Program-made: the position numbers and the translations under genes | The notes under the pieces: generated by a model | The model's input: only the letters and a program-made list of their open reading frames with translations | Told to the model about the DNA's origin: nothing | The model's database searches: none | Shown here: positions 28,611 through 38,646 of the stretch, piece by piece | How positions within the stretch are numbered: the stretch's first letter is position 1 | How the letters are laid out: each line of letters begins with the position of its first letter | From: a virus | DNA: 64,000 bases | Virus record (IMG/VR): IMGVR_UViG_3300025141_000062 | Location: 10,094-74,093 of that record | Reading direction: 5' to 3' (one strand)

Positions 28611-29279
28611 ATGGCAAGACTTTTCATCACACCTCGTGAGATAGATTTTATAAATGATACTGCAAAGGAAATTGTAAAAGATGTAATTGGACAAAAGATA
28701 TACTTCTTTGCTGTATCAGAGATAAAAACAAATGTTCATGATGTATATGAAGAAGCACCTGAAAAAATATTTGAAAAACCTGTTCAAATTGACTGCATGG
28801 TGAAATATGAGCCACAGGTAATTAAGACAAATAGATTTGGTAGTGAAGAATATTATAGCATAGAAGTCTATATCCAAAAGAGAGATCTTCTTGACAAAGA
28901 GATTGAAATACGTGAAGGTGATTTTTTTAGTTATGGAACAATATTCTTTGAAGTCATACAAGTTCCAGACTCTCAAACAATATATGGTGAGATAGAATAT
29001 ACAAGCTTTATTACAGTTAAAGGCAAGCAGGCAAGAAAGGGTCAATTTAACTCTAAGATGTTCGGTCCTACTGATGAAGCTTACAGTGATGAAGATGCTG
29101 TCCAGGAAACCTTTGTACAGCAAAGAGGATTTGATGAAAATAGGCTTGGAAAGACTGCTGATGAAAGAGACCTTGTTAAAAAGGGAATTATCGATAAGCC
29201 AATTACAGGCCCTGCAGAGGTTTCTGTAAAGGGTACTGACTCAAAAGCAGGCTCATCATTTTATGGAGATGACACTTAG
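28611..29279 (+). CDS. Neck/head-closure protein (T4 gp14-like)
   Basis: GQKIYFF..VYEEA..K.F, FG, IREGDFF; follows the gp13-like gene. Confidence 0.7.
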   Translation: MARLFITPREIDFINDTAKEIVKDVIGQKIYFFAVSEIKTNVHDVYEEAPEKIFEKPVQIDCMVKYEPQVIKTNRFGSEEYYSIEVYIQKRDLLDKEIEIREGDFFSYGTIFFEVIQVPDSQTIYGEIEYTSFITVKGKQARKGQFNSKMFGPTDEAYSDEDAVQETFVQQRGFDENRLGKTADERDLVKKGIIDKPITGPAEVSVKGTDSKAGSSFYGDDT

Positions 29280-29287
29280 GAGATAAA

Positions 29288-30499
29288 ATGGCAGAGGGAA
29301 TTCCAAAAAAATTCGAGGGAACAAATGTCCCAGATGATTTCTATATACCTCCATGCGGTATTGAGAATATAGATAGGGCAATATTTGAACTCTTTGATAA
29401 GCGACTTAATTTTTCAATATCTGTTGACGGTGTACCTAGAAAGGTTCCAGTCGTCTTTGCTGCAGGTGAAAGATTTGCACTTACAAGGCGCTTATCTGAC
29501 ATAAGAGATGTCAACAATACACTAATCCTCCCCATTATATCCATAGAGAGGGGAACAATAGACTACTCTGCAGCACAAAGCCCATATGGGACACCAATTG
29601 CGACAAGAGATCAGATATCATATACAGTAAGGAGAAGGCTAGATAGCACAGATAGAGACTATCAAAACATTATCAACAAGCTATCTTTAAAAAATCAATC
29701 AAACGTATCAAGTAGAGATAATTTTGGAAGTAGTGAAATATTTCCAGGAAATGATGCAAGGCCGGGAAGGGTTGCGTCTAGAAGAAATTCATCAAACTTA
29801 TCATTTGTTGACAATCCTAGTGGGAAGCTACTGTCTCCAAATATTGAAGATAATATATTTGAAATAATAACAATTCCCTATCCTGAGTTTGTAACAATAG
29901 AATATAATGTTTCATTTTGGACACAGTACTTGCAAAATATGAATAAGCTTCTTGAATCAATCCTTATCCAATTTGATGGACAGGAAAAGGCCTTTAGGAT
30001 AAATACAAGAGAGGGATACGAGCTAGTTGCATACTTTCAAGGACAATTCACATCAGATACAAACTTTAGTGACTTTACAGACAATGAAAGAGTAATTAAG
30101 CATAATTTTAATATCAAGGTACCTGCATTTATTATTGCACCAGATTCAGATGATCTTCCAACTCCATTTAGAAGATTTTTATCTGCACCGACTATTGAAT
30201 TTGGAGTCAGTCAAGCAAAAAGCCAGATATCATCAACAGAGGCAAAAGGCCCAGGTCAAAATGACATAAATAAGTTTATACTTAGCGATGTTAATGAGCT
30301 TGACTCAAGCGGTAATCAGCTTGATCAAAGAGGACAGCACGGTGTAAGAGTTCTTGAGACAATTGCGAATCCCTTTACTGGAAAAAATGAAAAGAAATTT
30401 GTTAAAATTATAACAAAAAACCAAAGGTCTGGAGAGACTGTTGCAAGCTCTAGAATTATAGTAGACCTAGAAACAATAAATGATACCAATAGTCATTGA
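29288..30499 (+). CDS. Tail terminator / sheath stabiliser (T4 gp15-like)
   Basis: KVPVVFAAGER, LPIISIER, P..VTIEYNVSFWTQY..MNKLLE; position before sheath. Confidence 0.65.
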   Translation: MAEGIPKKFEGTNVPDDFYIPPCGIENIDRAIFELFDKRLNFSISVDGVPRKVPVVFAAGERFALTRRLSDIRDVNNTLILPIISIERGTIDYSAAQSPYGTPIATRDQISYTVRRRLDSTDRDYQNIINKLSLKNQSNVSSRDNFGSSEIFPGNDARPGRVASRRNSSNLSFVDNPSGKLLSPNIEDNIFEIITIPYPEFVTIEYNVSFWTQYLQNMNKLLESILIQFDGQEKAFRINTREGYELVAYFQGQFTSDTNFSDFTDNERVIKHNFNIKVPAFIIAPDSDDLPTPFRRFLSAPTIEFGVSQAKSQISSTEAKGPGQNDINKFILSDVNELDSSGNQLDQRGQHGVRVLETIANPFTGKNEKKFVKIITKNQRSGETVASSRIIVDLETINDTNSH

Positions 30500-30519
30500 G
30501 ACATTTGACTCACAAGACG

Positions 30520-30526
30520 ATAGTTA
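30520..30526 (+). promoter_or_regulatory. Putative late promoter motif ATANTTA
   Basis: ATAGTTA, then SD AAGGAG and ATG 30561. Confidence 0.55.
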
Positions 30527-30560
30527 TATGTGAGTAGATTGAATTAAAGGAGAAAGATCT

Positions 30561-33500
30561 ATGTCTGAACAGACCTTCAGATCGCCGGGATTTTTTGAAA
30601 GAGAAATCGACCTATCTCAAAGGTCCGAGGAGATTTCAGGTGTTCCAGCAGGTGTCATTGGAACATCAGAAACAGGACCTGCATTTATTCCTGTTACAGT
30701 TGGATCATTTGCTGACTTCCGGGCTAGATTTGGCGACCTAGACTCTACAAAGTTTGGGCCGTATGCGGCTAATGAATTTTTAAAAAATAGAACAGCACTA
30801 ACCTTCATAAGGGTTCTGGGCGCTGGATCAAATGAGACATCTACAGATATTGCCAATACAACAAATATGGGAACTGTAAAGAATGCAGGCTTTAAGATAA
30901 TCGGAGCACAGACAAATGCTTCGATTGGTGCTGGAAGATCTGGATTCTATGAGGGTGCAGTGCAGTTCATAGCTGCAAGGCATATTATTGACAAGAATGA
31001 AGATGTAGGTTTCCCAGTATTTTCTGACAATGTCAGCTATGGCCTAAGCCGTACAGATAGGGGTGATGAGGCGTTTCTCGTGAGAGGAATGGTCTTTATG
31101 TCAACAGCAAGCAAGCTTCAGATTCTTAGCTATGACGCAAATTACTCTCCAGCAACTGAGTCTGATCTTGCAACTGCAGGACCGGGATCACTTGGAGAAG
31201 CAAGCCCTCTCTATAAGAAGTTTAAGCTTGTTATATCAAGCTCAGCCGGGACTTCATTCGGTAGCGATGAAGGATATGCAGGATTAAAGATACTTACTGC
31301 ATCTCTAGACCCATCGGATGATGCATATATTTCAAAGGTACTAAATACAGATCCAGAAAGATTTCAAATTGAGCAGCACCTTCTTTACGGTGACTTTGCC
31401 GTTGAAGATGAAATAGCAACAATTTCAACAGGGTCTGGAGATATAGGCCTTCTTTCAGGATCAAATTCTACATCTCCGTCTTCTGGAGATACTTCTCTTG
31501 CATATAGAGATATGTTTGGAAGGTTTGACACAAGATATAGGGGCGCAAAAACAACACCGTTTATCTCTCAACCTTACGGTGAAAAAGAGTGGGATTTATT
31601 CCACTTTGAGACAATTGCAGATGGTGCTGCTATTAGTGATAAGTATAAGGTGTCAATATCTGATATTAGGATGTCATCTGATCCGAAAAATCCAGTTGGA
31701 TCATTCTCTGTCCTAGTAAGGGCATTTGATGATACAGATACAGCACCTCAGGTGTTAGAGCAGTATGGAAACTGTACACTTGATAAGAATGATGATGATT
31801 TCGTTGCTAAAAAGATCGGCGACCTAAGCGTTAAATTTAACTTTGATGCAGAAGATCCCGATGAAAGAAGATTTGTTGTTAGGGGAAGCTATCCAAATGT
31901 TTCAAACAGGGTCAGAATAGTCATGAGCAATGACTTCTTAAATGGAAATGTTCCAAGAGATGCACTTCCGTTTGGTTTTAGAGGCCTCCCTGTTCCTAAG
32001 ACAAATAACCTTCTGTGCGATGTAACTATTTCAAAATCCACAACACCTGCTGCGTCAGGAGTGCCACAATACCTGCTTGATGTTGTCGGCGGATCTGATA
32101 CTGTCAGAATGGCATTTGTATCAGGCTCGTGGCATCAAACAGCAAACGAGCCCGATGACGATTCTCAGCCCCAACTTAAGCTATCAGGATCAATTGTTCC
32201 ACCAGTTCCTCATAGATTTAAGGTGACCAGGGGTAATACATCTGTATCAAGAAGGACAGATGCAGCTCGCACTGCTGCAGGATATCCTGGAACAAATGAG
32301 AGGGCTGATAACAGATACTATTGGGGTATCATGACAGCGAGGCTTCCAAGAACTGGCACCCTTGCTGATGCCATACTCAATCCAAATGTAGGTTCTGAGC
32401 CCAATCCTCTAGTTAGAAGCTATACTAAGTTTCTCGGAATTGAAAAGCTAGATTCTATGGTAACAGGATCTGGTGCAGATAGATTTAATGATAATAAATT
32501 CTCTCTATCAAAGGTCGCACTTGGAAACAGGCTTGATGGAAGAACTCTAGTTAAGACACTAGAGGCTAACATTACAGGATCAGCAGATGAGCACATGCTA
32601 GATGCTGCATACATTAGAGATGGAAGGCCAATACCTGGAGACTACACTGTCCATGATCATGTCGGAGGGGCAACTAGAAGGGTGACACTGGGATCTTTGG
32701 TCTCGCTCACATCGTCTGTATATTTTAATAGATTTTCAAACTACAATAAGTTTACAAATATATTCTATGGCGGATTTGATGGAAACAATATTCTAGATGT
32801 TGATATGTCTAGAATGAATGATAGGGCTGCTTCAACTGATACAGGCGGAAAGGCTGGAAGGACAAATCCAGCTGCAAGCTCTGACCTTGATATTGGTCTT
32901 ACATCAACATATAACGTAGGGACAGGAAAGTTCAATAACGCGATATTCTCATACAGGTCTGCAATAGATATTATAACAGATCCCATGGTTACAAGGATTA
33001 ATATCCTGTCTGTTCCAGGGATAAGAGATACATTTGTTACAGATCATGCTGCAGATAAGACACGTGACTACAGTCAGGCAATGTATCTTATGGATCTGCC
33101 ACTATATAACTCAGATGAAGTTAGAATGTTTGATAATGATGGCTTGAGAGCAAGTGTTGAAAAGACTGTTGAGAAGCTAGAGTCTCGGGCTGTTGATAAC
33201 AATTATGTTGCAACATATTTCCCTGATGTAAGTATGATAGACGATAGCACAGGAAATCCTGTAAGGATGCCTTCTTCAATCGCTGCGCTATCTGCTCTCG
33301 GATTTAACGATGCTGTATCATATCCATGGTTTGCACCAGCAGGATTTAACAGGGCAGCACTCTCAAATGTGGTTAACACATCATGCAGATTAAACAGCGC
33401 AGATAGGGATGATCTATATGATGCAAGAATAAATCCAATAGCAACATTTCCAAATGCAGGATTTGTTATATTTGGGCAAAAAACACTTCAGCAGGCAAAA

Positions 33501-33824
33501 TCTGCACTCGATAGAGTAAATGTTAGAAGAATGCTTCTCGAAGTTAAGCGCCTTGTATCAGAAATTGCAAGAAGTATTGTGTTTGAGCAAAATACACCGA
33601 CAACTAGGGCGAAATTTGTATCGCAGGTGACACCTCAGCTAGCACTAATTCAAAGCCAGCAGGGAATTGATCAATTCAGAGTTGTTATGGATGAGAGCAA
33701 TAATACTACAGAAGACATAGAGTCAAATAGGTTAAATGGTAAGATTATTCTTGTTCCAACTAGAGCAGTTGAGTTTATATCAATTGACTTCATTATTACA
33801 AATTCTGGTGTTAGTTTTGAGTAA
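30561..33824 (+). CDS. Tail sheath protein 1
   Basis: SPGFFEREIDLS, GPAFIP, PWFAPAGFNR, LYDARINPI, FGQKTLQ..SALDRVNVRRML, PTRAVEFI. Confidence 0.93.
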   Translation: MSEQTFRSPGFFEREIDLSQRSEEISGVPAGVIGTSETGPAFIPVTVGSFADFRARFGDLDSTKFGPYAANEFLKNRTALTFIRVLGAGSNETSTDIANTTNMGTVKNAGFKIIGAQTNASIGAGRSGFYEGAVQFIAARHIIDKNEDVGFPVFSDNVSYGLSRTDRGDEAFLVRGMVFMSTASKLQILSYDANYSPATESDLATAGPGSLGEASPLYKKFKLVISSSAGTSFGSDEGYAGLKILTASLDPSDDAYISKVLNTDPERFQIEQHLLYGDFAVEDEIATISTGSGDIGLLSGSNSTSPSSGDTSLAYRDMFGRFDTRYRGAKTTPFISQPYGEKEWDLFHFETIADGAAISDKYKVSISDIRMSSDPKNPVGSFSVLVRAFDDTDTAPQVLEQYGNCTLDKNDDDFVAKKIGDLSVKFNFDAEDPDERRFVVRGSYPNVSNRVRIVMSNDFLNGNVPRDALPFGFRGLPVPKTNNLLCDVTISKSTTPAASGVPQYLLDVVGGSDTVRMAFVSGSWHQTANEPDDDSQPQLKLSGSIVPPVPHRFKVTRGNTSVSRRTDAARTAAGYPGTNERADNRYYWGIMTARLPRTGTLADAILNPNVGSEPNPLVRSYTKFLGIEKLDSMVTGSGADRFNDNKFSLSKVALGNRLDGRTLVKTLEANITGSADEHMLDAAYIRDGRPIPGDYTVHDHVGGATRRVTLGSLVSLTSSVYFNRFSNYNKFTNIFYGGFDGNNILDVDMSRMNDRAASTDTGGKAGRTNPAASSDLDIGLTSTYNVGTGKFNNAIFSYRSAIDIITDPMVTRINILSVPGIRDTFVTDHAADKTRDYSQAMYLMDLPLYNSDEVRMFDNDGLRASVEKTVEKLESRAVDNNYVATYFPDVSMIDDSTGNPVRMPSSIAALSALGFNDAVSYPWFAPAGFNRAALSNVVNTSCRLNSADRDDLYDARINPIATFPNAGFVIFGQKTLQQAKSALDRVNVRRMLLEVKRLVSEIARSIVFEQNTPTTRAKFVSQVTPQLALIQSQQGIDQFRVVMDESNNTTEDIESNRLNGKIILVPTRAVEFISIDFIITNSGVSFE

Positions 33825-33862
33825 CTTATATTTAATTATTAGAAACTTTGGAGAAAAGAAGA

Positions 33863-36800
33863 ATGCCTGAACTGACATTCAAAAGCGCTGGTATCAGCGT
33901 AAGAGAAATTGATCTATCGCAGCCGACTCCTACAACACCAACTGGTGTTCCTGCAGGTATTATCGGAACATCAAATGAAGGCCCGGCTTTTGTCCCTGTG
34001 ACAGTTGCAAACTTTAGTGAATTCATATCTAGATTTGGTTCAACAGATGGTGAAAAATTTGGGCCTCTAGCAGTCAATGAGTGGCTTAAGAATGCATCTT
34101 CTGCAACATACATTAGAGTTCTAGGTGCTGGAGACGGAAAGAGAAGAAATACAAGCACAGGAAAAGTTACAAACGCTGGATTTGTAGCTGGTGCACAACA
34201 GGTCCAAGCAACTGGAATAGTTGCAGCAAATCCGTTTGCAAATACCGGAGGAGACACAGGAAACACATATTTTCTAGGCTGTTATATGTCTCAGTCGTCT
34301 AACTCCTCTGTATTTATAGATGCAGGAAATATAGATCATAAGCCGATAGTTAGAGGAGTCTTAATGGCACCCGATGGTGTTATATTAAGGCTCTCAAGCT
34401 CCTCGCCGACTGGTTCAAATCTTATGAATGCACCAGGTTCAACTGTAATTGGCAAAGAGGGCAACACTCTTATGCGAGGAGCAGTTACAGGGTCTGTAGA
34501 TCTTGCAAATGGAAACTTTGTCATGATGCTCAATGGCCACAAGGGAACAGCTGAGAATCCCAGAGTCATTACTGCATCGTTTGATGTCAATTCTCCTATG
34601 TATCTTCCAAACGTCTTTAACACAGATCCGTTTAGCATTCAAGAAGCAGGACACTATCTTTACAGCCACTATGACATCCACAGCTCTCAGGCAGTCGCTA
34701 CAGGCTCAGGCTTTATAGTTCAAAACTATCCAGGCCCTCATAGAATAAATCTTGGAGAGGGAGATCACGTACTTGAGCCTATTGCATTCCTAACAACAGG
34801 TGCCCTTGCTGGAGGAAGCTCAACTGTTCCAGACTATAGGTCATTTGAAGATAGATTCGCAACTGCAAAGTCTCCATATGTCATATCACAGGAGTTCGGC
34901 GGAAGCCCTTATAATCTATTTAAAGTTGAATCTTTATCAGATGGCTCAGCTTCAAACACTAGATTTAAAATATCAATAGAAAATATTGCAAAATCGAATT
35001 CTGATGCAAATCAATTTGGAAAATTTGACCTTGTAGTTAGAGATTTTTATGACAATGATTCAGAAAAGGTAGTTCTTGAGCAATTTAGAGGGCTTTCACT
35101 GGATAGGGATTCTGATAGATATTTTGCTAGAGTCATAGGTGATCAAAAGATCTATTTTGACTTCGACCAAAAATCAACTGCACAAAAGATGGTTGTAGAT
35201 GGTGATTTTAAAAATCAGTCAAGGTATATAAGAGTCAATGTATCTTCTGAGGTTGTTGCAGGATCTGTACCGGACAATGCACTACCACTAGGATTTAGAG
35301 GCCACTTCCATCTTGTTACATCTGGAACAGCTCCTTTAACAACCGTATTAGATGGATCCGGCGGTGGGGGTCCAAACACGCTGGCTGCTGACATGGCTTC
35401 AAATGTACTAAAGCGGTCAATCGTTCCGCCCGTTCCGTTTAGAGATAATTTAAATATTGGATTAGACCCTAAGAAAGTAGTGCAGCCAAGTCTTTACTGG
35501 GGATGTCAATTTACAAGAAAGGTAGACTTAGACCAGCCAAACAAGCCTGATCTTTTTGAAAGAAGCTTTGAAGGCTATGCCAAATATTTTCCAACATTTG
35601 CTGTCTCAAATCTAAATGTCTCTGTTGGAGATAATGAAGGAAAGGCAGACACATCTGCAAACCCACTTCTTGATGCAGACAGATTTAATAACAATAAGTT
35701 CACACTAGAAAACATTAAGGTGAGAACTGGATCTGATACTTACGCAGATCCGAAGGAATGGGTAACAGCTTCATATGTTAGAAATGGAGACATATCTGCA
35801 AATCCCGGACTTAAGACTAGAGCATTCTCAGTTAATGATCTTGGGGTCGTTGGAAATAGAAAATATGCCAAGTTTACATTCTTCCTTCAAGGAGGATTCG
35901 ATGGTACAAATATCTTCAATAAGGATAAGTCAAACCTTCTAGACAATGCAGCAAAAAGAGAGATGGATGATTCATCAAATCAGGGCGGAAAAGATGGTCC
36001 AACAGTTGCATCATATAGAAAGGCAATAGACATCATTGGTAGCAAGACAGATGCTGAGATAAAGCTACTTGCTATCCCAGGGATGAGAGACGAGTCGATA
36101 TCAGACTACGCAATAGATGCAGTTGAAAGTAGATTTGATTCAATGTATATAATGGATATTGAGGAATATGACACTGTCAACAAGATAGTTACATCATCAA
36201 TCCAAGATGTAGGTGTTTCAAATACAGTTACAAAGTTCAAAAATAGAGCACTAGACACATCATTTGCTGCTGCATACTTTCCAGATGTAGTTGTGCAGGA
36301 TCCGACGACATTAACAAATGTTAAGGTTCCGCCATCTGTTGCAGTTCTGGGCGCATTCTCTCTAAACGATACACTTGGACACCCATGGTTTGCTCCTGCA
36401 GGATTCTCTAGGGGGTCTCTGACGTCAGTAATACAGGCCTCAGTAGACCTTAACAGGGCAAATCTTGATGAGATCTATGATGCAGACATTAACCCACTCA
36501 CAGACTTCCCGGGAACAGGTGTAGTTGTTTGGGGTCAAAAGACACTCCTTGCAGCAGCTTCTGCTCTTGACAGGGTTAATGTTAGAAGGCTTCTAATTGA
36601 TATAAGAAGAAAGGTTAGAGCAATTGCAAATACGCTTCTATTCGAACCAAATAGAGAGTCAACATTAGAGAAGTTTTCCGGCCTGGTTAATCCAATCCTT
36701 CAGAAGATTCAGGAGCAAAGCGGGCTAGATAGATATAAGGTCATAATTGACACAACAACAACTACACAAGCAGATATTGAAAATAACACCATTAGAGGAA

Positions 36801-36880
36801 AGATCTTTGTACAGCCTACTCGAACAGCAGAGTTTGTTGCACTAGACTTTGTTGTCACTAATGCAGGTGCTATTGTCTAG
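33863..36880 (+). CDS. Tail sheath protein 2 (tandem paralogue)
   Basis: SAGISVREIDLS, GPAFVP, PWFAPAGFSRG, WGQKTL..SALDRVNVRRLL; ATG 33863; ATATTTA at 33828. Confidence 0.93.
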   Translation: MPELTFKSAGISVREIDLSQPTPTTPTGVPAGIIGTSNEGPAFVPVTVANFSEFISRFGSTDGEKFGPLAVNEWLKNASSATYIRVLGAGDGKRRNTSTGKVTNAGFVAGAQQVQATGIVAANPFANTGGDTGNTYFLGCYMSQSSNSSVFIDAGNIDHKPIVRGVLMAPDGVILRLSSSSPTGSNLMNAPGSTVIGKEGNTLMRGAVTGSVDLANGNFVMMLNGHKGTAENPRVITASFDVNSPMYLPNVFNTDPFSIQEAGHYLYSHYDIHSSQAVATGSGFIVQNYPGPHRINLGEGDHVLEPIAFLTTGALAGGSSTVPDYRSFEDRFATAKSPYVISQEFGGSPYNLFKVESLSDGSASNTRFKISIENIAKSNSDANQFGKFDLVVRDFYDNDSEKVVLEQFRGLSLDRDSDRYFARVIGDQKIYFDFDQKSTAQKMVVDGDFKNQSRYIRVNVSSEVVAGSVPDNALPLGFRGHFHLVTSGTAPLTTVLDGSGGGGPNTLAADMASNVLKRSIVPPVPFRDNLNIGLDPKKVVQPSLYWGCQFTRKVDLDQPNKPDLFERSFEGYAKYFPTFAVSNLNVSVGDNEGKADTSANPLLDADRFNNNKFTLENIKVRTGSDTYADPKEWVTASYVRNGDISANPGLKTRAFSVNDLGVVGNRKYAKFTFFLQGGFDGTNIFNKDKSNLLDNAAKREMDDSSNQGGKDGPTVASYRKAIDIIGSKTDAEIKLLAIPGMRDESISDYAIDAVESRFDSMYIMDIEEYDTVNKIVTSSIQDVGVSNTVTKFKNRALDTSFAAAYFPDVVVQDPTTLTNVKVPPSVAVLGAFSLNDTLGHPWFAPAGFSRGSLTSVIQASVDLNRANLDEIYDADINPLTDFPGTGVVVWGQKTLLAAASALDRVNVRRLLIDIRRKVRAIANTLLFEPNRESTLEKFSGLVNPILQKIQEQSGLDRYKVIIDTTTTTQADIENNTIRGKIFVQPTRTAEFVALDFVVTNAGAIV

Positions 36881-36934
36881 AAAGCTTGGAAGTCATATAC
36901 TTAAAATAGTAATTCCCTCTCGGAGAAATTTAAA

Positions 36935-37426
36935 ATGGCAGAAACACTTAACGTTACAGATTTACTTCCCAATAAGTTTGAACCCAAAAGAAAATATAGA
37001 TGGGTTTTCGCTATAGAGGGAATAGATGCGTTTTTAATTAAAACAGCAGGTCGACCAGGCTTTACTCACACAGAGTCGACAATAAAGTTTATTAACTCAA
37101 TCAGATATCTTGCTGGTCGTCAAACATTTGATCCAATATCAGTTACGATGTATGATCCAATTGCACCATCAGGAGCACAGCAGGTGATGGAGTGGCTTAG
37201 GCTGCACTATGAATCAGTCTCTGGAAGGGCGGGTTACGCTGACTTCTACAAGAGAGATTGTCAGATAAAGCTTCTCGATCCTGTTGGAACAGTTATTGAG
37301 CTTTGGGATCTCAAGGGCTGCTTCATACAGAATGCTAAGTTTAACGACCTATCATACGACGACGATCAGACGCCGATGGAGATCAACATGTCTCTAAGAT
37401 ATGATAACTGCGTACTTCAGTACTGA
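36935..37426 (+). CDS. Tail tube protein (T4 gp19-like)
   Basis: EPKRKYRW, YLAGR, QVMEW, YKRD..IKLLDPVG..IELWDLKGCF; ATACTTA at 36897. Confidence 0.9.
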   Translation: MAETLNVTDLLPNKFEPKRKYRWVFAIEGIDAFLIKTAGRPGFTHTESTIKFINSIRYLAGRQTFDPISVTMYDPIAPSGAQQVMEWLRLHYESVSGRAGYADFYKRDCQIKLLDPVGTVIELWDLKGCFIQNAKFNDLSYDDDQTPMEINMSLRYDNCVLQY

Positions 37427-37447
37427 TATACTTACTTATTAGCATAT

Positions 37448-37472
37448 AGGCCCACTTCATGTGGGCCTTTTT
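37448..37472 (+). terminator. Rho-independent terminator after tail tube
   Basis: AGGCCCAC-TTCAT-GTGGGCCT then TTTT. Confidence 0.8.
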
Positions 37473-37526
37473 ATTTACATGATAGATATGTTAATATAAG
37501 ATTTTATCTAAAAAAGGGAGGTTTTC

Positions 37527-38381
37527 TTGTCAGAAGACAGAACGACCAGAAACCAGATATTTGGCGGACAAGATATTTCATCTGGAATAGAGAGAAGAAG
37601 TATTATGGAGGATGACTTTGGGTGGGATGTCCCTGTTGAGACAGTTCCAATTCCATCTGAAGGGAAAGTTTATCATCAAAATAGTAGCTTATTTAATAGA
37701 AGCACTGTTGATATTAAGGCTATGACTGCTTATGAGGAAGATATACTGACATCAAGAGCTCTCATTACAAGAGGGGTTGTCATTAATAAGCTCCTAGAGT
37801 CGTGTGTGATCGAAGAGGGAATAGATGTCAGTGAGATGCTTATCGGGGATAGAAATGCCTTGATGGTCGCTGTCAGGGTTACTGGATATGGCGTAGAGTA
37901 TAATGCTTCAACAAGGTGCCCTGTGTGCGCAGCAGCAGGAAGCTATACATTTAATCTAGGAGAGCTTTCAATTAAACGACTTGACATAAATCCTGTCACA
38001 CCAGGTGAAAATAGATTTGAATTCATACTACCTGTGACAAAGAAGACAGTACACTTTAAGTTTCTAACAGGAAGAGATGAGTCTGAGATGTCTCAAGAAG
38101 GTGACAGACTTAAGAAGATGTTTCCAGATAAAGAAGTGGAAAATAACGTTACAAGAAAGCTTAAGCGTTCAATATTGTCAGTTGATGGAATTCAAGATAG
38201 AAGCAAGGTTGATAAGTTTGTTATGAATATGCCTGCTCTTGACTCAAGAAGACTTCGTGGCTATATTGATACATATGAGCCAGGAATTGACATGTCTAGT
38301 AGCATGACATGCAGAGCTTGTGGTGCTACATCGGAGGTATCTTTGCCCATGGCGGCATCGTTTTTTTGGCCTAGGGACTGA
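37527..38381 (+). CDS. Baseplate hub assembly / tail assembly chaperone (T4 gp26-like)
   Basis: IPSEG, IKAMTAYEEDIL, GDRNALMVAVR, two CxxC, ends SFFWPRD; SD GGAGG + TTG. Confidence 0.75.
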   Translation: MSEDRTTRNQIFGGQDISSGIERRSIMEDDFGWDVPVETVPIPSEGKVYHQNSSLFNRSTVDIKAMTAYEEDILTSRALITRGVVINKLLESCVIEEGIDVSEMLIGDRNALMVAVRVTGYGVEYNASTRCPVCAAAGSYTFNLGELSIKRLDINPVTPGENRFEFILPVTKKTVHFKFLTGRDESEMSQEGDRLKKMFPDKEVENNVTRKLKRSILSVDGIQDRSKVDKFVMNMPALDSRRLRGYIDTYEPGIDMSSSMTCRACGATSEVSLPMAASFFWPRD

Positions 38382-38601
38382 CCACAGAGAGAACGTCTTA
38401 GAGGAGATATTCATCCTCATGACTCATCTAAGGATGAGCTATACAGATTGCAGAAGGATCCCTATCGTTTATAGGCGGTGGTTTATAGACAGAATAGTAA
38501 AGGACGTCAAGAGAAAGAAAGAGGCTATATCAGGAGAAAACACGATAGACCAGGACACAGGTCCATCAGTAAGCCTAATGGGTCAAAAGAGATTTGTGTG
38601 A
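38362..38601 (+). CDS. gp51-like segment, probably expressed by frameshift from the gp26-like gene
   Basis: +1 frame ORF overlapping T7 run; EEIFILMTHLRMSYTDCRRIPIVYRRWFIDRI resembles short gp51-like proteins; directly before tape measure. Confidence 0.6.
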   Translation, partial: FFGLGTDHRENVLEEIFILMTHLRMSYTDCRRIPIVYRRWFIDRIVKDVKRKKEAISGENTIDQDTGPSVSLMGQKRFV

Positions 38602-38646
38602 TTCTCTAGATAGAGCATATTTAGTGATAGCACCACGGGGAATCAA

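Noticed and set aside
37428-37434. ATACTTA after the tail tube gene
   Set aside because: Lies upstream of a terminator, so unlikely to drive a gene; shows the chance-hit rate of the motif
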